From: Lachnospiraceae bacterium
GTDB lineage: Bacteria > Bacillota > Clostridia > Lachnospirales > Lachnospiraceae
Reading direction: 5' to 3'
Assembly (NCBI GenBank): GCA_045531955.1
Contig: JAZSFC010000011.1
Span: forward strand, 15,772-79,771
Length of the DNA: 64,000 bases
In this document: positions 25,801 through 34,416 of the stretch, one piece after another
Position numbering within the stretch: the stretch's first letter is position 1
Layout: the number at the start of each line of letters is the position of its first letter
Notes under the pieces: generated by a model
Told to the model about the DNA's origin: nothing
The model's database searches: none
Seen by the model: the letters and a program-made list of their open reading frames with translations, nothing else
Made by a program: the position numbers and the translations under genes

Positions 25801-28387
25801 CATTAACAATGTAGAAGGTGAAGCAGCTAACTACACAGTAGAAGAAAAGGTTCGGGAAGGTTATGACAATCCGGATGCTTCCAAAGCGGAAGCAGTTCTT
25901 GGCAACGGCATTAACGTATACTTAGCCGGGGACTCCACCGTAAAGGATTACTCCGGTAAAGGCATGAACCAGTCCAATAATTCTACGGAAGGTTCCTGGG
26001 GCGAATACTTCCAGACATTCTTTAACAAGGATTTAGTAACCGTTGTGAATTACGCAAACGGCGGCAGAAGTACAAGAAACTTCATCAACGAAGGCTCTTT
26101 AGACAAGATTGCGGAAACCATTAAGGAAGGTGACTATCTGTTCATCCAGTTTGGTCACAATGACTGCTCCAACGGTTCCGGTTACCTGGAAGACAGATAT
26201 GTTCCGCTTGGAACTCCGGACGCTAACGGCGTATATCCGGTAACTGCAGGTGTGGAAGTGACAACACCGGATTCCTTACAGTCTAAGTACGGCGACACAT
26301 TCTATTCCTATGATTGTGGCGGTACCTTCAAATGGTATTTATTGCAGTATATTAACGTAGCAAGAAATGCAGGCGCAATTCCTGTACTTGTTACTCCTGT
26401 ATCCAGACTGTCCTTTGACAGCGACGGTTTCATTCAGGATAAGCATGACTCCACCGACGCTACTACCGGTACTCAGGTAACCAGCGGTAATGCGTATGTG
26501 GTTGCAATGCAGCAGCTGGCAGCAGAAGAAGGCGTTCTTCTTATTGACGCGACAGCATTAACAAAAGACATGTATGAAGCAGCTTACAAGGCAGATGCAA
26601 ATGCTAACGGCAATGCTTCTCCTCTTGCTAAGCAGGCTCTTTGCACCGGTGACAACACACACAGCAGTAAGCTAGGCGGTTTTGTAAGTGCAGCTTACAT
26701 TGCGAAGGCACTTCAGGCGCTTGATTGCAATCTGGCATATGCAGTACAGGCCCCAAGTCAGGTAATCGGTGAAAATCCAAACGGAACCAATGAATTCTCC
26801 GTAAACGGCAGCAGCAAGTTTAATGCTTATTCTGCAAACGCAGAAGGTCTGTTCACAGAAGACAGTGCATACTGGACAGGTGTTGGTCAGACTGTAATTG
26901 ATGAAATTGCACTGGAGGCAGCAAAGATGAGTGGTGCGTATACCAAGTCCACTATGTGGGTAATCGGTGACTCCACCGTATGTGGCTTTAACGATGGTTA
27001 TTTCTATCCTCGTTATGGTTACGGCACACAGTTACTGGAATATTTCGATGAGGCTAAGTTCGAAGTTCAGAACCTGGCTCTGTCCGGCAGAAGCTCCTTA
27101 AGCTTCCTTGCTGAGGCAAATTATAAGACCTTAATTGATGGTATGCAGAAGGGTGATGTGCTCATCATCGGTTTCGGTCATAACGACGAAAAGGCAGAAG
27201 AAGCAAGATACACCAATCCAAACGGTGATTACAAGACAGCAGGAAGCTTTGCAAACAACCTGTATGAAAACTATGTAAAGATTGCAAAGGATAAGGGCGT
27301 AACCGTTATTCTTTGTACACCAATCGTAAGACGTTCCGCAACCGGCGAATGGAAGAATTCCGAACTGCACATTACAACAACCAGTGGTCAGTTCGAAGGT
27401 GGCGACTATGCCGCGGCAATCATTAAACTTGGCCAGGACACCAATACAGCAGTAGTAAATATGACTGCTCTTACCAAAGAAGTTTATGATTCCCTCGGTG
27501 CGGATGAAACCTTAAACTTACATGCATGGCTTTCTTCTAAGCCTGGCAGTGTAGACAACACCCACACCAACATCTGGGGCGCTAAGTACAATGCTTACCT
27601 TCTGGCAAAGGCAGTAAAAGCATTGAACCTTAGCGGTATCTCTGAGTATGTAAAGAATGTGGATGCAGCCCCTGCAAAGGCAGACCATCTGGTATCCAAT
27701 CCGGATTATGTAGAGCCTACCTATGACAGCAGTGCTCTCGCACAGAGTGAAATCTGGCCGGACTACGGTATCTTTAAGGGAACGGTATTCGGTGATGTGG
27801 GTGGTACACCAAGCACCAAGAATCAGATTCTGGAAACTGACGCAAACGGTAATATGCACATTGCTGTAATGAACAACAAGGGTAAGATTTCTTCTTCCAC
27901 GGATGGCATTGCAATGTACTATTATAAGCTCCCTGCAGACGCAAGCTTCACCTTAACTGCAGATATGACTATCAATGCATTTGATATGAATAATCAAGTG
28001 GCATTCGGTCTGATGGTAAGAGATGCGATGTATATTGACACAAATTCCAAGGACTCCAATGGCGATAGTGTTAATGCAGCATTCTTTAAGGTGGCAGACG
28101 GCGGTTGGAACGGTTACGCCCGTAAGGACGGTGTTCTTACCAGCGGCGGTAAGCTGTCCAGGGAATATACAGCGGGAGAAACCGTAACCTTAGTTCTGTC
28201 CGGCACAGCGGATGGCTATTCCACCAAGATTGGAAATGAGGAAACCGTTTCCGGCGGCTTCGACTTTAAGCTTACCAACTTTGATGCAGATTACGTTTAC
28301 GTAGGTATGTTTGCTGCAAGAAATGCGGATGTAACCTTCAGTAATATCAAGCTGATTGTAAACGGCAAGGAAGTAACAATTAAGTAA
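22871..28387 (+). CDS. giant surface lipoprotein with one pectin methylesterase (CE8) and two SGNH (CE12-like acetylesterase) modules
   Basis: Signal peptide with lipobox LMAG-C and a Pro/Thr-rich linker. Three about 85-aa beta-sandwich-like repeats. CE8 motifs QDTLY (res 716-720), DFIFG (res 737-741) and GRPW. SGNH module 1: YLAGDSTVKDY (res about 1020), GGRSTRNF, GHND, DNTHSS. SGNH module 2: VIGDSTVCG (res about 1367), LSGRSS, GHNDE, DNTHTN. C-terminal jelly-roll-like domain. Confidence 0.85.
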   Translation: MMKKLTKKLAMLLAVTMVAGLMAGCNGKTDAEATPTPTQGLEQPADPTATTAPTETPVPTEEPKATATPFPTPAPITVEKRNIDVWDFGGVQETDALYKNNITAADWDAYADLAEGGTFSNDGTVSFGDLTLNYKAKDRLFSGTSVKNYGSNGLAQTAHEDGYTADGMYYCNGTGGDNRRYMTLANVKAGDKILVYMGAHNAADDVLYFQYMGEGGTQLEEHAYGQKIFSQHVFVAQYSGTYKIWTGTGAKPGYNRVVRIPGVTVTGYIDNAGFDIAGTTLKFVNNTTNAVTEVDAANGSFAAILAPGFEYTAVLSGINGVGFTNDSKFVTVADADVANGQISTTLVVEAKSIYAYTGKITGFAADYDTSKLAVKLMAPADSTYNDVDLTINADLTFTASLEPDVEYTLVLSGVNDYEIVSSVTIQDNQAKNEDIQVATKAVYDVTGGFLGCEAKDVTAIKFVNEEDAYEYAGTLSADGYSVSLRDGAYSVVITSGVYTTSTHVVVEGKAVAKDVMAVPVDKTVAALTRVDKLYVGYADKDNNYVTVGEAVAAAAAMNPTSEAERIVISIAPGTYREQVTIDTPYITLVNEGDGEVLLTWYYGIGYKYYSADKNGYYDAECAYDKYAKNGPANWGYAVKVNKTATAFRAENIVFENSLNRYITDEEIEDGVEADTINFDRKYGADVTSKAATERGVALYVAADQAEFKNCSFLSSQDTLYTACDAYFKNCYIEGNTDFIFGSGDVVFDACEISLYGYSTGGVAGYITAARTDSSTSGTENGYLFRNCVVTADNLPATPGYHFGRPWGADAKVRFENTKLASLDLISKEGWTQMSGNAPENANFAEYDTMELSGMSSDLSGRVAGTVAEGPLSFDYAAWLGFTPNYAVAADNKVKFTTAPYIVDNGDINAPKPGHTLTVAYSLGEANDANDCSIIKWYRVAGSEETLVKLSSAVVDDTYQITAEDIGAKIRVVVIPMNINNVEGEAANYTVEEKVREGYDNPDASKAEAVLGNGINVYLAGDSTVKDYSGKGMNQSNNSTEGSWGEYFQTFFNKDLVTVVNYANGGRSTRNFINEGSLDKIAETIKEGDYLFIQFGHNDCSNGSGYLEDRYVPLGTPDANGVYPVTAGVEVTTPDSLQSKYGDTFYSYDCGGTFKWYLLQYINVARNAGAIPVLVTPVSRLSFDSDGFIQDKHDSTDATTGTQVTSGNAYVVAMQQLAAEEGVLLIDATALTKDMYEAAYKADANANGNASPLAKQALCTGDNTHSSKLGGFVSAAYIAKALQALDCNLAYAVQAPSQVIGENPNGTNEFSVNGSSKFNAYSANAEGLFTEDSAYWTGVGQTVIDEIALEAAKMSGAYTKSTMWVIGDSTVCGFNDGYFYPRYGYGTQLLEYFDEAKFEVQNLALSGRSSLSFLAEANYKTLIDGMQKGDVLIIGFGHNDEKAEEARYTNPNGDYKTAGSFANNLYENYVKIAKDKGVTVILCTPIVRRSATGEWKNSELHITTTSGQFEGGDYAAAIIKLGQDTNTAVVNMTALTKEVYDSLGADETLNLHAWLSSKPGSVDNTHTNIWGAKYNAYLLAKAVKALNLSGISEYVKNVDAAPAKADHLVSNPDYVEPTYDSSALAQSEIWPDYGIFKGTVFGDVGGTPSTKNQILETDANGNMHIAVMNNKGKISSSTDGIAMYYYKLPADASFTLTADMTINAFDMNNQVAFGLMVRDAMYIDTNSKDSNGDSVNAAFFKVADGGWNGYARKDGVLTSGGKLSREYTAGETVTLVLSGTADGYSTKIGNEETVSGGFDFKLTNFDADYVYVGMFAARNADVTFSNIKLIVNGKEVTIK

Positions 28388-28412
28388 GTACCCTCCAATT
28401 TGGATATCATAT

Positions 28413-28455
28413 AAAACTACGCAGTGGCTGGCACCGTTGCGTAGTTTTTCTTTTC
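28413..28455 (+). terminator. Rho-independent terminator
   Basis: AAAACTACGCA (28413-28423) pairs with TGCGTAGTTTT (28438-28448), then TCTTTT. Confidence 0.75.
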
Positions 28456-28553
28456 AGGACTATTATTTTTAAATTTAGGGCTTTCACAGACAGGGAGGAA
28501 GTGGTATACTTAAGAGTTGTACGTTAAAGTTTATCTGAGAGGATTTAAGAAAA

Positions 28554-29444
28554 ATGACGCAGAAGAAAAAGCAACCGGCAACTTTTTTTGCCATTCTGGC
28601 GGCAGCGTTATATGCCATAAATGTACCGTTATCAAAGCTTTTATTGGAACATGTTGGAACCACGATGATGGCATCCTTTTTGTATTTGGGAGCAGGGCTT
28701 GGCTTGCTTGGAGTCGGTCTTTTCCAGAAGGCTTCCGGTAAAGCACAAAAACAGGAACGCCTGACAAAGAAGGAATTACCATATACAATAGGCATGGTTG
28801 TGCTTGATATTTTGGCACCGATTTTTCTGATGATGGGTATTGCGAGAACGAATTCTGCCAATGTTTCATTGCTAAACAATTTTGAAATTGTGGCCACTTC
28901 CCTGATTGCGTTGTTCATTTTTAAAGAAAAAATTTCCAGATTGTTATGGGGCGCCATAGCTTTGGTGGTAGCGGCCAGTGTTATTTTAAGCTTTGAAGGT
29001 GCAGGGGCTTTTGTGTTCAATGAAGGCTCATTATTTGTACTTGCTGCCAGCATATGTTGGGGAATGGAAAACAACTGTACCAATAAAATCAGTCATAAAA
29101 GTGCTGTGGAAATTGTGGTAATTAAGGGGTGCTTTTCCGGTTTGGGCAGTCTGATTGTTGCATTTATCATAGGCGAAAAACTTCCGGCAGTAAAATGGAT
29201 GCTTCCGGTATTACTGTTGGGATTTGTAGCATATGGTCTAAGTATTAATTTATATATCCGCGCCCAAAGCAGTCTTGGTGCGGCAAAAACCAGTGCTTTT
29301 TATTCCGTGGCACCATTCCTTGGCGTAGCATTCAGTATGTTACTTTTGGGTGAGCGTCCGGGTGTGCAGTTTTATGTGGGCTTATTGATTATGGCAGTCA
29401 GCACGGTGCTGATGATAAAGGATACCTTGCGGGAAGCGGCATAG
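28554..29444 (+). CDS. DMT-superfamily (EamA-like) transporter
   Basis: 296 aa, about 10 hydrophobic helices arranged as two EamA-like halves. Confidence 0.75.
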   Translation: MTQKKKQPATFFAILAAALYAINVPLSKLLLEHVGTTMMASFLYLGAGLGLLGVGLFQKASGKAQKQERLTKKELPYTIGMVVLDILAPIFLMMGIARTNSANVSLLNNFEIVATSLIALFIFKEKISRLLWGAIALVVAASVILSFEGAGAFVFNEGSLFVLAASICWGMENNCTNKISHKSAVEIVVIKGCFSGLGSLIVAFIIGEKLPAVKWMLPVLLLGFVAYGLSINLYIRAQSSLGAAKTSAFYSVAPFLGVAFSMLLLGERPGVQFYVGLLIMAVSTVLMIKDTLREAA

Positions 29445-29494
29445 CAGAATAATTATAAAAAGACAGAAGTAAACAGACGAGAAAGGCGTTAGCT

Positions 29495-30862
29495 ATGAAA
29501 ACAAAAGAACAGGTCGGAACCTTATTTTCCGGAAAAGATTTAAAAAAGTTAATTGTACCATTGATTATAGAGCAAACCCTTGCCATGACAGTCGGGATGG
29601 CAGATACCATGATGATTGCAACCAGAGGTGAGGCGGCCATGTCCGGTGTCTCTATTGTAGACTCTATTGCGGTGCTGATGATTGGTTTGTTCAGTGCGCT
29701 GGCTACCGGCGGTGCCGTGGTGGCATCCCAGTTTATTGGACATAAGGATGTAAAAAAGGCCTGTCGTGCAGCGAATCAGCTGGTGGTAGCCATGGGAAGT
29801 ATGGCACTGTTTATTATGGCGATTGCCTTGATTTTTAACAAGCAGATTCTTCAGCTGATTTACGGTACGGTGGAAGCGGATGTTATGGGATATGCCCGTA
29901 CCTATTTTTACATATCGGCAGCATCTTTTCCGTTTCTGGCACTTTATAATGCCGGAGCGGCCCTGTTCCGAGCTATGGGAAATTCTAAGATTTCCATGAA
30001 GGTTTCCCTGGTGATGAATGGTATCAATGTGGCGGGAAATGCCTTTTTCTTGTTTGTCATGAACATGAGCGTGGAAGGCGTCGCCTTGGCGACCCTGATT
30101 TCCCGTATTGTGGCGGCAATTATAATTATGTTGTTAATCCGCAGACCAATCAATTTAATCCACATCGACCCGCATTTCCGCTTGGGCTTTGACTGGAAAA
30201 TCATTAAGAGAATTCTTGCCATCGGTGTACCAAACGGTTTGGAAAACAGTGTGTTCCAGATTGGCAAGCTGATGGTACAGGGAATTACGGCAAGCTTTGG
30301 TACCACGGCCATTGCAGCTAACGCTATGGCAAATACCATTGCCAGCGTAGCGGTTATTCCGGGCAGTGCCCTCGGCATGGCCATGATTACCATTGTAGGT
30401 CAGTGTGTGGGTGCGGATGATGAGCGGCAGATGCGCTACTACACAAAGAAATTATTGCTGATTGCCTATGCTGCGTTATTTGCCCTTAATGTGGTAGTAA
30501 TGCTTGGATTAGACGGTCTCATTTGGATTTACAATCTGGAGCCTGCCACCGGCGAAATTGCAAGACAGCTGATTACACTGCATACTATCTGTACTATTTT
30601 GGTTTGGCCGTTGTCTTTTGTGCTGCCAAATGCCCTGCGTGCAGCAAACGATGTAAAGTTTACCATGATAGCATCTATGGTTTCTATGTGGACCTTCCGC
30701 ATCCTGTTCAGTTATATTCTTGCTAAGGGCATGAACTTTGGCGTAGTGGGCGTATGGATGGCCATGTTTATTGACTGGGGATTCAGAAGCTTATGCTTTG
30801 GGGTAAGATTCCTTCGTGGAGGTTACCGGAAGTTCAGTTTTGCATTGGAACGGATGCATTGA
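29495..30862 (+). CDS. MATE-family efflux transporter
   Basis: 455 aa, 12 TM pattern. N-terminal ...LIVPLIIEQTLAMTVGMADTMM is typical of MATE/NorM-like proteins. Confidence 0.8.
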   Translation: MKTKEQVGTLFSGKDLKKLIVPLIIEQTLAMTVGMADTMMIATRGEAAMSGVSIVDSIAVLMIGLFSALATGGAVVASQFIGHKDVKKACRAANQLVVAMGSMALFIMAIALIFNKQILQLIYGTVEADVMGYARTYFYISAASFPFLALYNAGAALFRAMGNSKISMKVSLVMNGINVAGNAFFLFVMNMSVEGVALATLISRIVAAIIIMLLIRRPINLIHIDPHFRLGFDWKIIKRILAIGVPNGLENSVFQIGKLMVQGITASFGTTAIAANAMANTIASVAVIPGSALGMAMITIVGQCVGADDERQMRYYTKKLLLIAYAALFALNVVVMLGLDGLIWIYNLEPATGEIARQLITLHTICTILVWPLSFVLPNALRAANDVKFTMIASMVSMWTFRILFSYILAKGMNFGVVGVWMAMFIDWGFRSLCFGVRFLRGGYRKFSFALERMH

Positions 30863-30878
30863 GTTACAGGAGGTAGAG

Positions 30879-31400
30879 ATGATATATATAATCAGTGGTC
30901 CGTCCCATACGGGGAAAACAAATCTGGCACAGAAGTTGATGATAAAATATCAGATTCCGTATATTTCCATGGACCATGTAAAAATGGGAATCGTACGTGC
31001 CGGACTGGTACCAAATTATGTGGAGCAGGATGAAAAAATGCAGGAGGTTCTCTGGCCGGTTATTCGGGAAATGATAAAAACTGCTATTGAAAATGAGCAG
31101 AATATGATCATTGAAGGTTGCTATCTTCCGTACGACTGGAAAGAAGATTTTGAAGATGAGTACTTAGAGGATATCCGCGGGATTTATCTTGTAATGTCGC
31201 CGGAATATATTGAAAACCATTTTGAAGATATCCGAAAGTTCGCCCATGTGATAGAGAACCGTGGTGAGGACGAGGATTGTACCAAGGAATGGATTCTTGA
31301 AATCAACCGGGAGTGTTTGGAAGGTTGCAAAGAGTTTTGTTGTGAATATAAGCTGATTACGGATAAGTATGATGTGGATGAAACTCTTTTTGAAAAATAG
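30879..31400 (+). CDS. P-loop NTPase, putative small-molecule kinase
   Basis: Walker A GPSHTGKT immediately after the start. ATG 30879 has RBS GGAGG upstream. 173 aa. Confidence 0.6.
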   Translation: MIYIISGPSHTGKTNLAQKLMIKYQIPYISMDHVKMGIVRAGLVPNYVEQDEKMQEVLWPVIREMIKTAIENEQNMIIEGCYLPYDWKEDFEDEYLEDIRGIYLVMSPEYIENHFEDIRKFAHVIENRGEDEDCTKEWILEINRECLEGCKEFCCEYKLITDKYDVDETLFEK

Positions 31401-31493
31401 GTTAGAGGAACGGTTATTATTTTCAACAAAGCAACTGACAAATCGACAAATATATGATATAGTAATAGCAAAATTTTCTATTCGGGGGCTAAT

Positions 31494-32078
31494 ATGAATT
31501 TTCTTGAAGAACGTATTGTAAAAGACGGCGTAGTGAAGCCGGGAAATGTACTAAAGGTAGACAGTTTTTTAAATCATCAGATGGACATTCATTTGATGGA
31601 TGAAATGGGAAAAGAGTTCAAGCGCCGTTTTGCGGACAAGAACATTACAAAGATTCTTACCATCGAGGCATCAGGTATTGCCATTGCCATGGCGGCAGCC
31701 CGCTATTTTGATGTGCCGGTGGTATTTGCAAAGAAGTCCTAGAGCATCAATCTGGACGGTGAAATGTATGTGGCAACCGTAGAATCTTTTACACATAAGA
31801 ACGTAAATCAGGTGGTTGTTTCTAAAAAGTTCCTGAGCGCGGATGATCACGTACTCATTATTGACGATTTTCTTGCAAACGGATGTGCACTGCAGGGACT
31901 TATTTCCATTACGGAATCCTCCGGTGCAACGGTGGAAGGCATTGGTATTGCCATTGAAAAAGGCTTCCAGGTAGGCGGACGTGTTATCCGTAATCTGGGC
32001 TATCACTTGGAATCCCTTGCCATTGTAGAATCCATGGACGATGTTAACGGAACCGTGCAGTTTAGGGAACAGGAGTAG
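31494..32078 (+). pseudogene. xpt: xanthine phosphoribosyltransferase interrupted by an in-frame TAG
   Basis: ORFs 31494-31742 and 31764-32078 share one frame. Together they read ...[12 protein letters not shown]...[28 protein letters not shown]...[11 protein letters not shown]..., collinear with Xpt. The only defect is TAG at 31740-31742. Confidence 0.8.
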
Positions 32079-32082
32079 AGCC

Positions 32083-33408
32083 ATGGAAAAGAAAACAAAA
32101 GAGACTTCAATGGATAATATTTATTCCTTAAACGGAAAGGTGCCGGTAGGAAAGGCTGTTCCGTTTGGTTTACAGCACGTGTTGGCGATGTTTGTGGCCA
32201 ATATTGCCCCGATTATGATTGTGGCAGGTGTGTGCGGACTCAGTCCGCAGGATACGGCAAATCTGATTCAGACGGCTATGATGATTGCAGGTGTCGGTTC
32301 CCTGGTACAAATTTTCGGTATCTGGAAAATAGGTGCCAGACTGCCGATTGTTATGGGTATCAGTTTTACCTTTGTTTCTATTTTCTGTTATGTAGGACCG
32401 CAATATGGTTACTCCGCAGTGATTGGTGCAGTAATTGTCGGCGGTCTGGTAGAAGGACTGCTTGGATTTTTTGCAAAATACTGGCGTAAAATCATTGCCC
32501 CGATTGTGACGGCGTGCGTAGTTACTGCCATTGGTTTTTCCCTGCTTTCCGTAGGTGCAAATTCCTTCGCCGGCGGAAACGGCAGTGCAGATTTCGGTTC
32601 CTGGCAGAACTGGGTGTTAGGTACCTTTACTCTGGTGGCATGTATTGCCTTTAATTTACTGGCAAAGAATCATTGGAAGCAGTTATCCGTACTATTCGGT
32701 TTGGTTTGCGGATATCTTTTGGCCCTTTGCATGGGCATGGTGGATTTCTCTGCCTTGCAGGACGTCAGTGTTGTTGCCCTTCCAAAGATTTTACCGTATA
32801 AACCAACCTTTAATTTAAGTGCCATTATTTCTGTGGTTATGATTTTCCTGGTTTCCGCCACAGAAACGATTGGCGATACTTCGGCGCTTACTTCCACGGC
32901 CCTTGGCAGAGAGGCAACTGATGAAGAAATTTCCGGTTCCCTGGCCTGCGATGGCTTTGTAAGCAGTATTTCTGCCCTGTTTGGATGTATGCCGATTACT
33001 TCCTTCAGCCAGAACGTCGGTTTAATTGCCATGACAAAGGTAATCAACCGATTTACCATTGCCACAGGCGCCATCATCATGATTGTTGCCGGTTTATTCC
33101 CGGCGGTGGGTGCCGTGCTTGCAACCCTGCCGGAAGCAGTGCTTGGCGGATGTACCATAATGATGTTTGGTACCATCGTAGTCAGCGGTTTGCAGATGAT
33201 TGGAAACTGCGGCTATTCCCAAAGAAACATTACCATTGCCGCGCTGTCCTTAAGCATTGGTATCGGTTTCACCCAGGTGCCGGAGATGTTCGCTATTTTC
33301 CCTGAACTGATTCGTACCATTTTTGCTGAAAACTGCGTTGCCGTAGTATTTGTGGCAGCGATTATTTTAAATCTGGTAATGCCAAAAGAGAAAGAAGCAA
33401 CAGAATAA
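32083..33408 (+). CDS. pbuX: NCS2-family xanthine/uracil permease
   Basis: FGLQHVLAMF motif near the N-terminus, 12-14 TM segments, immediately downstream of xpt as in the Bacillus xpt-pbuX operon. Confidence 0.85.
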   Translation: MEKKTKETSMDNIYSLNGKVPVGKAVPFGLQHVLAMFVANIAPIMIVAGVCGLSPQDTANLIQTAMMIAGVGSLVQIFGIWKIGARLPIVMGISFTFVSIFCYVGPQYGYSAVIGAVIVGGLVEGLLGFFAKYWRKIIAPIVTACVVTAIGFSLLSVGANSFAGGNGSADFGSWQNWVLGTFTLVACIAFNLLAKNHWKQLSVLFGLVCGYLLALCMGMVDFSALQDVSVVALPKILPYKPTFNLSAIISVVMIFLVSATETIGDTSALTSTALGREATDEEISGSLACDGFVSSISALFGCMPITSFSQNVGLIAMTKVINRFTIATGAIIMIVAGLFPAVGAVLATLPEAVLGGCTIMMFGTIVVSGLQMIGNCGYSQRNITIAALSLSIGIGFTQVPEMFAIFPELIRTIFAENCVAVVFVAAIILNLVMPKEKEATE

Positions 33409-33420
33409 TTTTAACTGTGA

Positions 33421-33448
33421 GTCCTCCGGGTAACCGGGGGACTTTTTC
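33421..33448 (+). terminator. Rho-independent terminator
   Basis: GTCCTCCGG-gtaa-CCGGGGGAC followed by TTTTT. Confidence 0.75.
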
Positions 33449-33490
33449 TGTGGATTTATGGGGAAACTACTGTTATTGGGAGTGGGAATG

Positions 33491-33499
33491 TGGTAGAAT
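33491..33499 (+). promoter_or_regulatory. extended -10 promoter candidate at the head of the enzyme array
   Basis: TGGTAGAAT (TGn + TAGAAT) with a weak -35. The same 9-mer recurs at 39107-39115. Confidence 0.4.
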
Positions 33500-33532
33500 G
33501 GAGGAAGGAAAGAAACCAATGGGAGGGTAGAA

Positions 33533-34393
33533 ATGATTCGGATAATTGATACATACGCAGATATTTCTTGCTTGTTTGATAATGGTAATTTCAACATGGA
33601 AACGTGGAAAACATACATAAATCAGATATATAGTAACTCCGCAGAACTGTTTCTTTCTGACATGAAGGAGTGTTTAGGTAACGAGAAGTATACCTATGAG
33701 AATGATATTTTACCAATCATCAACGAGGTGTGTGATAATACTAAGTTAGATATTCTGTATGGTTCTTTTTGTGAGGTTGTGAATCAACTGAATCAAAAAG
33801 TGCTTGATACATTTGGCAAAGAATTGAATGTGGATATTGTATTGTACATGGGCTTGTGTAATGGAGCCGGCTGGGTGACAAACATAAATGGCGTTGATAC
33901 GGTTTTATTAGGTGTGGAAAAAATTATTGAACTGGACTGGTGTGACATAAATGCAATGTATGGTCTGATTTATCATGAATTAGGGCATGTGTATCAAAAG
34001 CAATATGGCACATTGGAGAGGACCTTCTCTGATAATAAAAGTGAGTTTCTATGGCAGTTGTTTACAGAAGGCATTGCTATGTACTTTGAGCAGGTGTTGG
34101 TGGGAGATTTGAATTTTTATCATCAGGATGTAAATGATTGGAAAGCCTGGTGTGACGAACATTTTCTTCAAATCAAAACCGATTTTCACAATGATTTAGA
34201 CACGATGACCAGGCAGAACCAGAGATATTTCGGGGACTGGTGCCGATATCATGGAAATGGTGACGTTGGTTATTATCTGGGTGCACGATTTATTCAGTAC
34301 TTGGTAAAGGAGCATTCCTTTGATGATTTGATTACCTACGATTTGCCTGTGGTAATGGAGTTATACAGTGAGTTTATGGATAAATGTCATTAG
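33533..34393 (+). CDS. putative Zn-dependent peptidase (HEXXH)
   Basis: 286 aa. YGLIYHELGHVYQ contains the HEXXH motif. No signal peptide. Confidence 0.5.
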   Translation: MIRIIDTYADISCLFDNGNFNMETWKTYINQIYSNSAELFLSDMKECLGNEKYTYENDILPIINEVCDNTKLDILYGSFCEVVNQLNQKVLDTFGKELNVDIVLYMGLCNGAGWVTNINGVDTVLLGVEKIIELDWCDINAMYGLIYHELGHVYQKQYGTLERTFSDNKSEFLWQLFTEGIAMYFEQVLVGDLNFYHQDVNDWKAWCDEHFLQIKTDFHNDLDTMTRQNQRYFGDWCRYHGNGDVGYYLGARFIQYLVKEHSFDDLITYDLPVVMELYSEFMDKCH

Positions 34394-34416
34394 GAACGAA
34401 AGAAAGGCGGTGCAGT

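Noticed and set aside
31740-31742. TAG in xpt as pyrrolysine or reassigned sense codon
   Set aside because: No pyl genes are in view. TAG terminates several well-defined genes in this window at the expected C-termini (argD, the second ABC exporter, xpt itself and hydE).
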